Virus record (IMG/VR): IMGVR_UViG_3300042923_000110
Span: 1 to 43,531 of that record
DNA: 43,531 nt
Origin: a virus
Taxonomy: Duplodnaviria; Caudoviricetes
Strand: one strand, 5' to 3'
Below the pieces are notes generated by a model. The model was not told the DNA's origin. It saw only the letters and a list, made by a program, of their open reading frames with translations, and searched no databases. Positions 6,319-15,000 of the stretch are shown here, piece after piece; the first letter of the stretch is position 1, and each line of letters opens with the position of its first letter. Made by a program: the position numbers and the translations under genes.

Positions 6319-6942
6319 TTATTTAGAATGTCTTACTGGAGTTGTAATTGCTTTTTCAATAGACCACTTTGCAAGAGTTACTCTCCCATATAGTGTTTCT
6401 CTTTTCATATTATATTCTTTAGCCCATTGTGACAATGTTTGAGTTTTCCCTTTATATGTTATTTTTACACTACTTCTCTTGTTATTGCTTTGCTCTTCTG
6501 ACGTAACCCACCTACAATTGTCCTTAAAATATCCTAATTCATTATTGATCCTATCAAGAGTTGTACCTTTAGGCCTTTCACCCATGTCTTTATAAAACCC
6601 TTCAACTGTTAACCATTCGTCGCATACTGTTATTCCTCTTCCTCCGTAATAACTATAATGAGGAACATTTTTATTAGTGCACCTTTGAACCATGCCACTC
6701 CAAACTTTATGTATTGGATTATGCCTAAGTCCGTGTTTGGTAAATCTATTTTTAGTAACTTCTTTTTGCAAACAACCGCAACTTTTAGTTTCGCCATTTT
6801 TTAAGCTACTACCAAATATTATTTTAATATTACCGCAATCGCATTTGCAATTCCAAAAAGCTTTTCTATTATTAATATGGCTAAAAGATAAAACAACTAT
6901 TCTACCAAACCTTTTACCTGTAATGTCAACAATTTTACCCAT
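6319..6942 (-). CDS. HNH homing-endonuclease-like protein
   Basis: DITGKRFGRIVV, CKCDCG, SCGC, YGGRGITVCDEW, TLDRINN..GY...NCRW...EQSNN. Confidence 0.85.
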   Translation of the reverse strand: MGKIVDITGKRFGRIVVLSFSHINNRKAFWNCKCDCGNIKIIFGSSLKNGETKSCGCLQKEVTKNRFTKHGLRHNPIHKVWSGMVQRCTNKNVPHYSYYGGRGITVCDEWLTVEGFYKDMGERPKGTTLDRINNELGYFKDNCRWVTSEEQSNNKRSSVKITYKGKTQTLSQWAKEYNMKRETLYGRVTLAKWSIEKAITTPVRHSK

Positions 6943-6992
6943 AACAAAAACCACCCCTTCGCATTAGTAGTTATTTTCTTCGCATATTAAAT

Positions 6993-7067
6993 TGTATGTA
7001 CAAGGGAAGGAGTGCGAAGTCTCTTTTCGCGGTGGTTAATTACTCCACGGCTATCCCTATACATATA
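6993..7067 (-). ncRNA. Three-way-junction RNA motif, copy A (leader of the HNH gene)
   Basis: Closing stem ending GGGA-TAG, hairpin, GAAAAG, hairpin with CTTCGCA loop, TTCCC; two downstream TGCGAAG complements. Confidence 0.6.
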
Positions 7068-7073
7068 ATTATA

Positions 7074-7487
7074 CTATTTTTTAACGAGAATAGCAACGAT
7101 TCCAAGTATAGTAAGATCCCTTTGCAGCCTAAGTTTCCTTATCTCACTTTTCGTCTGTTCTTGGTAAGTTTGAAAGGATTTGTTGACCTTCTCTAATGAG
7201 ATCGTGGCTTGATTTATTGATTGATTGGCTACTTTCAATTGATTGTCTAATAGATTTATTTGATTGTTCGATATTTTGATTTGTTCTTCTGATTTCGCTA
7301 GTGATTCGTTGGCTATTTTCAACTGCTTGTCCTGCTCCTGTAAGTTCATTTCTAGTTGATTGAATATTGTTTGTAACCTCTCCCGCTGTTGTTCCTCCAT
7401 TTGGTACGACTGGGCTGAACACGTCCCAACAAATGACACAAACAACAAGCAACACAATGCCAATGATAATATTTTTCTTATTTGCAT
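7074..7487 (-). CDS. Exported coiled-coil lysis protein (spanin-like), overlapping 7144..7527 in another frame
   Basis: SD AAGGAG; N-terminal signal peptide with Cys; long Q/N/L heptads; hydrophobic C-terminus; lies after the endolysin. Confidence 0.65.
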   Translation of the reverse strand: MQIRKILSLALCCLLFVSFVGTCSAQSYQMEEQQRERLQTIFNQLEMNLQEQDKQLKIANESLAKSEEQIKISNNQINLLDNQLKVANQSINQATISLEKVNKSFQTYQEQTKSEIRKLRLQRDLTILGIVAILVKK

Positions 7488-7527
7488 TTATAAACTCCTT
7501 TGCTTGATTTAATTTATCGTCCAACAT
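7144..7527 (-). CDS. i-spanin-like protein (N-terminal TMD + coiled coil)
   Basis: SD AAGGGG before ATG 7527; IIIGIVLLVVCVICW TMD, then heptads; immediately after the endolysin. Confidence 0.65.
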   Translation of the reverse strand: MLDDKLNQAKEFINANKKNIIIGIVLLVVCVICWDVFSPVVPNGGTTAGEVTNNIQSTRNELTGAGQAVENSQRITSEIRRTNQNIEQSNKSIRQSIESSQSINKSSHDLIREGQQILSNLPRTDEK

Positions 7528-8071
7528 AATCTGTAACACCCCTTGATATCGCCTTAGAAAGCTCGTCACGCTGTTTTTCGTCGGCAAGCATACATTCATC
7601 TTCAACGTTAGAAATAAAAGCCGTCTCGATCAAAATTGCAGGGCAATCTGTATTACTAAGAACATACAAACCGTTAACTCCTGGCGTTGCATTTTTAATA
7701 CCCCTATCAACAATGTTTTCACCATTGGGATATTTAACAGAATTGACAATTTGATCTTGAATGCAAGTTGCTAGTTCTCTGCCTTTTGCGGAACCATTAT
7801 TAAACCAGGTTTCGGAACCTTGAGCAGATTCATTACTTGCTGCATTGCAATGGATGGATATAAATAAATCAGCACCAAATCTATTTGATGCATTGGTAAT
7901 CTGGTATAGCTCGTTTTCTTGTACAAATAGGACTTCATATCCTACGGCTGTTAGGTATTCACATACCTTTTGCGCAATATCGGTTGCTACAATTGCCTCT
8001 TGTAATCCTGTTTGTCCGACGGCTCCGGAGTCTAATCCTGGGTAGTGCCCGGCATTAACTGTTACTTTCAT
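7514..8071 (-). CDS. Endolysin, N-acetylmuramoyl-L-alanine amidase (Amidase_3), catalytic domain only
   Basis: VNAGH, E, ADLFISIHCNA, LYVL, PAILIETAFISN. Confidence 0.93.
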   Translation of the reverse strand: MKVTVNAGHYPGLDSGAVGQTGLQEAIVATDIAQKVCEYLTAVGYEVLFVQENELYQITNASNRFGADLFISIHCNAASNESAQGSETWFNNGSAKGRELATCIQDQIVNSVKYPNGENIVDRGIKNATPGVNGLYVLSNTDCPAILIETAFISNVEDECMLADEKQRDELSKAISRGVTDYVGR

Positions 8072-8289
8072 TTTGGTTGCTCTCCTTTTCCACTATTAAA
8101 AACTGAGTCTGTGCCGTGTTTTAATATGATAGGTACTATAATAGTCAAGTACATGTTTTGCAACGCTCCTAGGTCGAATTTGGAAGCGTAGAGGGCATTG
8201 CAAAACCATGCTGTTAGGTATGTGATAATGAATAAGGTGGTGCAGATACCTACCGCACCACCTAGAATAGTTTTTATTTTGTTTAACAT
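8068..8289 (-). CDS. Holin candidate (2 hydrophobic segments)
   Basis: 73 aa, directly upstream of the endolysin with ATGA overlap. Confidence 0.65.
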   Translation of the reverse strand: MLNKIKTILGGAVGICTTLFIITYLTAWFCNALYASKFDLGALQNMYLTIIVPIILKHGTDSVFNSGKGEQPK

Positions 8290-8300
8290 TTTGTTACCTC

Positions 8301-8585
8301 CTAATGCTTGCTAAACGCAAAAGCAATTGCAGCAGCGATGCCACTAGATACCACTACTGTTATCGCGGTATTGATAAGAGATTCCCAACGTTTAGCTGGT
8401 TGTGCAGCGAGTTTGGTTACTTCTGTTTTAATGTCTTGCATAGCTTTGCTTATAAAGTCAAATTTAATGTCTACATTGCTCTGTTGCTTTGACAATTCGT
8501 GATATTTTTCTTTAAGATCGGAAATTGCTTCGTCTTGATTATCTACTCGTTTAACTAAGTCATGATGTAATTGACATATTTCCAT
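8301..8585 (-). CDS. XhlA-like lysis membrane protein
   Basis: N-terminal coiled coil, PAKRWE, C-terminal TMD. Confidence 0.65.
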   Translation of the reverse strand: MEICQLHHDLVKRVDNQDEAISDLKEKYHELSKQQSNVDIKFDFISKAMQDIKTEVTKLAAQPAKRWESLINTAITVVVSSGIAAAIAFAFSKH

Positions 8586-8648
8586 CTAATTACCTCTCAC
8601 TGGTTTGTTAGGTTTTACTGGTTTAATTGGTTTTACTGGTTTAGCCAT
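8586..8648 (-). CDS. 20-aa Lys/Pro-repeat peptide MAKPVKPIKPVKPNKPVRGN
   Basis: SD AAGGGGG; ATG to TAG exactly fills the gap; five 9-bp repeats. Confidence 0.55.
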   Translation of the reverse strand: MAKPVKPIKPVKPNKPVRGN

Positions 8649-8650
8649 TA

Positions 8651-8902
8651 CTATTTACCCCCTTTTATTGTTTGACTGCTGTCAGTAGTATTTATTTGAG
8701 TTTGATTTGTTCCATAATTGTAGTCAGTCGTGAAATAAAAATACGAATATCCTATTACGGTAACGGCAAAGCATAGGCAGAACGCCACTGTAAGCACTAT
8801 AATGCAGTTAACTAGCCTATTATTGATTTTATCTGATTTATCGATCATTTCAGTTGCTAGTGTGATTAGATCAGTTACATAAGGATAGTCTTTATCCATT
8901 GG
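8651..8902 (-). CDS. Single-TMD membrane protein heading the lysis cassette
   Basis: IIVLTVAFCLCFAVTVIGYSYFYF; SD AAGGAG; exact start codon uncertain (TTG 8905 or ATG 8899). Confidence 0.65.
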   Translation of the reverse strand, partial: PMDKDYPYVTDLITLATEMIDKSDKINNRLVNCIIVLTVAFCLCFAVTVIGYSYFYFTTDYNYGTNQTQINTTDSSQTIKGGK

Positions 8903-8916
8903 CAACACTCCTTAAT

Positions 8917-8954
8917 TTTAGGCATAAAAAATACACCTCGTAAGGTGCTATGCC
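8917..8954 (-). terminator. Terminator-like hairpin before the lysis cassette
   Basis: GCACCT-TACG-AGGTGT-ATTTTTT, enclosed by GGCATA/TATGCC. Confidence 0.55.
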
Positions 8955-8984
8955 GATTCCCAGTATGTTAATTTCCAGTAGGTT

Positions 8985-9051
8985 AGCACACGGAAAAACG
9001 CTGGAAAACCGCCTTGTCACTAAAGGAGCGACCTTTAGCTATCCGTGTGCT
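8985..9051 (-). ncRNA. Three-way-junction RNA motif, copy B
   Basis: AGCACACGGA-TAG, CTAAAGG/CCTTTAG hairpin, GACAAG, TTTCCAG loop, TCCGTGTGCT; downstream CTGGAAA and CTGGGAA. Confidence 0.6.
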
Positions 9052-9071
9052 CGTCTATCATACTACAAAGT

Positions 9072-11618
9072 TCACCAAGTTTGCAATGTAGTATATATTC
9101 CGTATCCTTGTACGGTGTAATCTATTCCTACACCGCTACCTGTTGCTTCTTCTACGTTTTCAATTGTTCCATTTACATAGGTTCTTTTTATCATGACAGT
9201 ATCAGCAACATTGCTACCTTGTGATCCTAAATGAATAGAAACACTACCATAAGTATTTATGCACTCGCAATCGTCGATATAAATAGTACTAAGCAATGCT
9301 AAATCGGCATAATTGTGTATGCTCCATGCACGGCATTGTGTGGTATTTGTACCATATGTTATAAATTTGCTTCCTTGCATTCTTATGACAGAATCACTAC
9401 CATGTCCAGCAGCAAACGCATGACAAGGAGCCCAAAGACCATCAGCGTTACCATAATGGATTATATCGCAATCTTTTATCGTATATCTGCAATTGTGGTA
9501 ACTTGATCCAGAATCAGCATGAATAGGGTATCGCATGTTTTTTGCTGTTATGGTTAAATTTTGCAAGGTAACAACGCCACCATAATTTAGAGTAGACAGA
9601 TACTTTGATTGATCATAGGTTGCTGCGCCTCCCAATTCTCCTTTTAGGATTGTCTTGCTTCTGTCCCCAACACCTATCAAATTAACATAGCTTGGTATTT
9701 CTAAACCGCGATTTCCTATTGATCCACTAGGATTATTAATCATAGCGGTTGGTAAACTAGCAACAATATCATATTCACCTTCGTAAATTAACACGTTATA
9801 GCCGTTTTTCGCTGATGAATCTGTGATGCTTGATAAAGCGGTGTATAAATCAACATAGTCACCTGTACCATCTTTTTTTACAATGATGCTATTGTCAACG
9901 AATGGATACACTGTTTTTATAGTGTCCATTAGCCCTTGTACTTTTGCAGGTTCAACATTTGCACCAAATGGCATAAATCTAGTCGTAGCACTCCCTTTTT
10001 CAAATTGCGTTTTATTAAGATTTTCAGACTTGACAGTTAGTCTTACATAATAGGCATTTGTAGGCACTGTAACAACATTGCTGAATAAAGTAAACCCGCT
10101 CACGTATGCCTTAGTTGTGCCAAAAAATGCGCCTTGCTCTACATTATTCTGTAAAACATATGCCTGTCCTGGTTCAATAGCAATATAGTCTGATGCATAG
10201 TAGCCAGCTAGTGACGTTAAAACTCCAGTATTATGATGGACGTAGTAACCAGCAGTAACCTTTGAATTATCAAACAAGTTAGGGGATAAGTCACCTTTTA
10301 CAACAATCGAATCAGACCTAATCATGTCATCAGAAACATAGCCACTATCGTCTAGGCTTAATTTAGCACCGTAACTTTCGTACTCAAAAACACTACCTTT
10401 AGCAAGTTGGATAATATCTGCGTATGCTACAGTAATTGTAAGTCGTACATAGGCAGCCGTTGACGGTGTTGTCCAAGATCCTAAACTGTTAGATAGTCCA
10501 CTAATATATACTTTGCTTGAATTGTAAAAAGCTAGTTGCTGACCATCACCTGTTTTTGTATACAACGTTGAAGCTTCTACTGGGATATAATCCGTGTAAC
10601 CATATGAAGCGTTATAACTACCATTCAGATTTCCTGTTGTGTAAACAATGTAATAACCTACGGTGAAGTTACTTTTATCAAATAAGTTTTTGGACGCTCT
10701 ACCTTCAACAGCCAAAAAAGATAAGCTTTTCTTACTTACAGAACCATCAACAACAGTTGGAATATATGCTGATTTTTGCCAGCTACCTGCTCCACTGGCT
10801 CCTAGCTTTATATAAATACCATTATTTGTAGGGTTTGAATCATTTGTGACAAGTGCCGTAACGTTTTCCGCATGCGCTAAGTCGGCATCCATTAAAGATT
10901 TTGTGGTAAATGCAATATCATGGGTTGATTGTGCAGAGAGATTAGCGGAATTTGCAGCTTCCAAGGCTGATGCTTCATATGTTCCTGCATTAGTTGCGCT
11001 ACTTGCTGCTGCCGTGGCACTTGCAGAAGCTGAATTTGCGCTATTTACTGCTGTTGTTGCTGAATTTGACGAAATTGTAGCAGAAGAAGCAGCTTCTTCT
11101 GCCTTTGTTGTAGCTGTATTTGCTGCTGTTGTTGCATCTACTATTGCTAACGCTACAGCCTCCTTGGATAACTCAGCAATAAATTCAGTAGAAGTCATTC
11201 CATCTATTGTTTTGTCAATTCCTAGTTTGATGCATCTGTCAATTTCTTCTTGTTGTTGTTGAGCAATCATTGTAATCCTGTCAAATGACATTTCAACAAC
11301 TTTAGGTTTTAATGCTGTATTGTTAGGATATACTGTAGGCTGCAATACCTCTAGAGTTCTAAGTATGGTTAGTTTGTAGTTGCTTGATATTGCTGTTCCG
11401 ATTGATGGGTATGTAACAGTGCCGTTGCTTGACGGGAAAGTTCCTTCTGACGGTGAAACGCTGTAATTACTAGTTATTTCAGTTTCTGTACCGTTGATTG
11501 TATCGGTTAAATAAATGTGCAAATCATCTTCTGTAAGTACGTCAAATTCATAGTCAAACGTTTTCGTAACCCCATTACCTACATAGATATGTTTATTAAG
11601 AGTTGATGATAGTGACAT
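9072..11618 (-). CDS. Tail fibre/spike: T7-like anchor, Ala/Ser/Thr stalk, two repeated binding modules, pectin-lyase-like beta-helix
   Basis: YVGNGVTKTFDYEFDV...FDRITMIAQQ; duplicated NLFD..GYY modules; VKKDGTGDY..L..AL...IYEGEY. Confidence 0.85.
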   Translation of the reverse strand: MSLSSTLNKHIYVGNGVTKTFDYEFDVLTEDDLHIYLTDTINGTETEITSNYSVSPSEGTFPSSNGTVTYPSIGTAISSNYKLTILRTLEVLQPTVYPNNTALKPKVVEMSFDRITMIAQQQQEEIDRCIKLGIDKTIDGMTSTEFIAELSKEAVALAIVDATTAANTATTKAEEAASSATISSNSATTAVNSANSASASATAAASSATNAGTYEASALEAANSANLSAQSTHDIAFTTKSLMDADLAHAENVTALVTNDSNPTNNGIYIKLGASGAGSWQKSAYIPTVVDGSVSKKSLSFLAVEGRASKNLFDKSNFTVGYYIVYTTGNLNGSYNASYGYTDYIPVEASTLYTKTGDGQQLAFYNSSKVYISGLSNSLGSWTTPSTAAYVRLTITVAYADIIQLAKGSVFEYESYGAKLSLDDSGYVSDDMIRSDSIVVKGDLSPNLFDNSKVTAGYYVHHNTGVLTSLAGYYASDYIAIEPGQAYVLQNNVEQGAFFGTTKAYVSGFTLFSNVVTVPTNAYYVRLTVKSENLNKTQFEKGSATTRFMPFGANVEPAKVQGLMDTIKTVYPFVDNSIIVKKDGTGDYVDLYTALSSITDSSAKNGYNVLIYEGEYDIVASLPTAMINNPSGSIGNRGLEIPSYVNLIGVGDRSKTILKGELGGAATYDQSKYLSTLNYGGVVTLQNLTITAKNMRYPIHADSGSSYHNCRYTIKDCDIIHYGNADGLWAPCHAFAAGHGSDSVIRMQGSKFITYGTNTTQCRAWSIHNYADLALLSTIYIDDCECINTYGSVSIHLGSQGSNVADTVMIKRTYVNGTIENVEEATGSGVGIDYTVQGYGIYTTLQTW

Positions 11619-11726
11619 GTGATACCCTCCTAAAATAAAATAGAGACTGCAATTATGCAATCTCTTAATAAATTTGTTGTTAAATTGTGGTATATTGGTA
11701 TAATGGAGTTTGAGGTGACATATAAT

Positions 11727-12059
11727 ATGGATTTCATAAATTTTATATTTTTAATTACTATTACAATGTATCTGCTAGTCAAAATAGATCGAATTTCTGT
11801 AAATATTGGGTTAGCTAAGTGGATGAAAATAAAAGCACATTCTTTATGGTCGTTTATTTTTCATTATAAATGGTTTATTATATTTCCTATATTTTCTTAC
11901 TTCGTATTGATTGTTGCTTCGGAAATAGATTTAGATAGAAGTACAGAAAGAATCTTAGTTAATATATTATTGAGAACAATAACATTTGTAGAAGATGCAC
12001 TTATTGTTTTGGGGATATATGCGATATACAAATATTTTTCTAAATTTTATTGTAAATAA
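11727..12059 (+). CDS. AT-rich three-TMD moron (superinfection-exclusion candidate)
   Basis: Opposite strand inside the tail operon; extended -10 TGGTATATT near 11688; SD GAGGTG. Confidence 0.7.
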   Translation: MDFINFIFLITITMYLLVKIDRISVNIGLAKWMKIKAHSLWSFIFHYKWFIIFPIFSYFVLIVASEIDLDRSTERILVNILLRTITFVEDALIVLGIYAIYKYFSKFYCK

Positions 12060-12076
12060 GATAAGAAAGAGCGCAA

Positions 12077-15000
12077 CTAATTTTTACGCTCTTTCTTTGG
12101 TCTACGTTTCATTATATCTTCTAGTTCAGGATCCATACCATTGACAAAATAATCATAGGCATTAAAGAACCACGCATTAAACTGGTCAGGGTATCCTGTG
12201 CTGTATGCGGTTGCTTTTGCTACTGATTCGACAACATCTTGTTCGTTAGTCGCTCCATTTCCATATACATAGTTTTTAACTTTTGAAGCTGCATCTGTCA
12301 TAGCATCAAAGGATGAAAATGCTATAGGCGGTCTATAACCATACGTCTGTAATCCGAGTGCTGAGTTAAGAATTATTGGTGCTACATCGCGAACAACTGG
12401 CAATAACTGCAATGGATAACTAGCAATTTTACTAGCGTAATATGCAGCAGGATCATCTTCATCCTTAGGCCCCTTGCCTGCTAAAAAGTCGGATGCAATC
12501 ACAAATGCAATCATTCTACTAGCAACAAACCCAACAAATCTAGGAACATTTTCTATTCCTTTTATAGATAGACCATCTTGCGTAGCCATTCCAGATTCTT
12601 TAACCCATCGATTAAATTCAACATTCATGAATCCATAGAAACTAGAAAATACTTTGTCAGTAACTTTCTTGCTTCTCATTATTGGCGATAAATCGTATTT
12701 CCTGCCTGAACCATTTACCGCTTTAATTAATGAGTCTGCATAGTATGCCGATTGCTTAGAATCTCCTGTTTCTCCTAACTTCTTTTCATATGCTTGTTTC
12801 CACATAGGAACGGCTGTTAAGTCATCAGAAGCAGACAGTAATCCTAATCCAAACTCTGCAATTTTACCCCTGTTTTCAAACATGTTGCTTTGAATATCAT
12901 TCAGGGAATAATCAGGAGTTCTTCTTCTATCACGCATGTAGGGAGATAATGCATAAATCTCTTCTCTTACCTGTTTGGCTGCTTTCCAGTTTAAAGCTGA
13001 TTTAGGAAGATAGTTTAATAATCCATGCTTAATAACTCCCATAACTGCGTCTTGCACTCCAAAACCTTCTATTGCCTTAGGATATAGAACCATGTTAGCA
13101 GCATTCTGTGTAATAACTCCGACTCTAAAAGTAATGGCTGCTTTAGTTCCTGCCCTGCGCAAATAATCGACAACGCTTTCAATTGCTGTCATTCCTACAT
13201 TTCTGTATGATTCTCCGTTAGCAATATTGGAAACATGATCACTAAATTGTTTTAACCCTTCTGGCCCTAACTTGCTTTGAACCGTAAATTGGAACTCTTT
13301 ATTGTTTAGCATTCTACGATAGTCTGACACTAAGTCTCTAAAATACAAGTCATGAACAACATCAACGATGTGCCTATTTATCAATGCAGGATCAAGGTCT
13401 ATTGAGTAGTTAGCATTAGAACGAGACTTTGTATGTCCTGTTTTTGTTGTAGCTTTCCATGCAGGATTTTGTTCTGTGTAAAGCGGTGCATCTGCGCTTT
13501 CTCTTTCGGCAGCTATTAAAGAAGCTCTAGGATCTTGTTTTAGAGGATAATACCCTCCATCCATTTGTATAGTTTCACCATTACGCAACGTTACTTCAAA
13601 AGGTGCAGCTTCAACCTTCTTCGGTTCAAAGCCTGTCATTTCTGCATGAAAGTTTGCCAAGTCAGGCCAAATAGTATTAACCAGATCCCAAGTCTTTTGG
13701 ACTGTCTGCCAATCTCTTTTATCAAGGTTATTGGTCAACAACTCCATGACAGTATCCCTGCCCCATGGCTTAGTGCTTTCTACTCCAAAAGGCCTTGTAC
13801 TAAACAACTTACTACTATTACCTTCATTGCCAAGATTAAATGCCATAGCCATTAGTTTCATCTTGGTTGTAGAGGCTCCAAGTTCATCATAATAAACTTT
13901 GTCGTTAGCCATTGCCTTACGTTCTTTAGGGGAGTACTCGCCCCACATTGTTTCCAATTCTGTTTTAAATTTATTAATTCGATTGCTTTCTAAATTGGCT
14001 CTTTCGTGAACAGGAGCAATCCAGAACTTTTCCAATGAGCCAAATGTTTTCCATTGCTGTAATCTGCTAACTACTGTCGACATTGTTTGTAGTGAATACA
14101 GGTAATTAGAAACTCCACTCTTAAATCTATCTAATTTAGTTGGCTCTATTTTAGGAGTAAATGCAGTATCAAGCTTATTCATTTCAGTAATCATTTCTAA
14201 GCGTAAAGCATCTAATGATTCGCCTTTGGCTACTGCAATAGAAGTCTTTTCTTGATTAGCTACCTTTTGGATGTTCTTCAATGCGTCAGTAACATCTTTT
14301 AATTCTGGCATTGTAAGATCTTTATAGTTCTTTCTAATTGATTCATCATTCAGCCATTGAGGAATATTAACGGAACCAAGCATTTCATCCATACGATTTG
14401 ACCAATCTGCTAACGATTCAGTCTTGCTATTAATAGCATAGTCTTTGCGACCTAATCCAAAACGCTCTAGAATAGATCCAACTTGGTTAAAGTTTTCATC
14501 CGTTTTGAAGAGTTTTTTCTTTTTAGATACGACGCCTTTTAGGTATTTGTCTTGTTTAGCGAAGTCTTTACTAAGTTTCATAGCTTCAAGCGCGAAAGCA
14601 TGATTTAGCATTTCAGCATTTTTAAGAATTGCAGCAGTTTCATATTTACCAGCACGATATTCTTTTTCTGACTGTCTCGCTGCTTCTCTTGCTTGTTTCA
14701 TATACTTGTTATAGTTAACGGCATCTTTAATTTGTTTGTCTGCCAATGATGTTTTAGCATAATCTAAAGCAGCCTTAACGCCTATTTGTGATTGTCTAGC
14801 TATTCTCTGGCTAGTCGATTCAGACTTAAGCCATTCTTTAGCCATAGCATTATCATTCTTCTGCTGTTCTTTTAAATCAGCTTCTTTGGTTTTAGCTTCT
14901 GCATCATACCATCTAGCGGTATATTTAGCATCAGCATTAAGCTGTTTTATCTCTTCCGCATGCGACTTATTAAGTTCCGCTAACTGTTCTTTTAATGCAT

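Noticed and set aside
9072-12076. Diversity-generating retroelement, expected from the BPP-1-like virion module
   Set aside because: No reverse transcriptase or Avd ORF, and I saw no TR/VR duplicate of the spike 3' end
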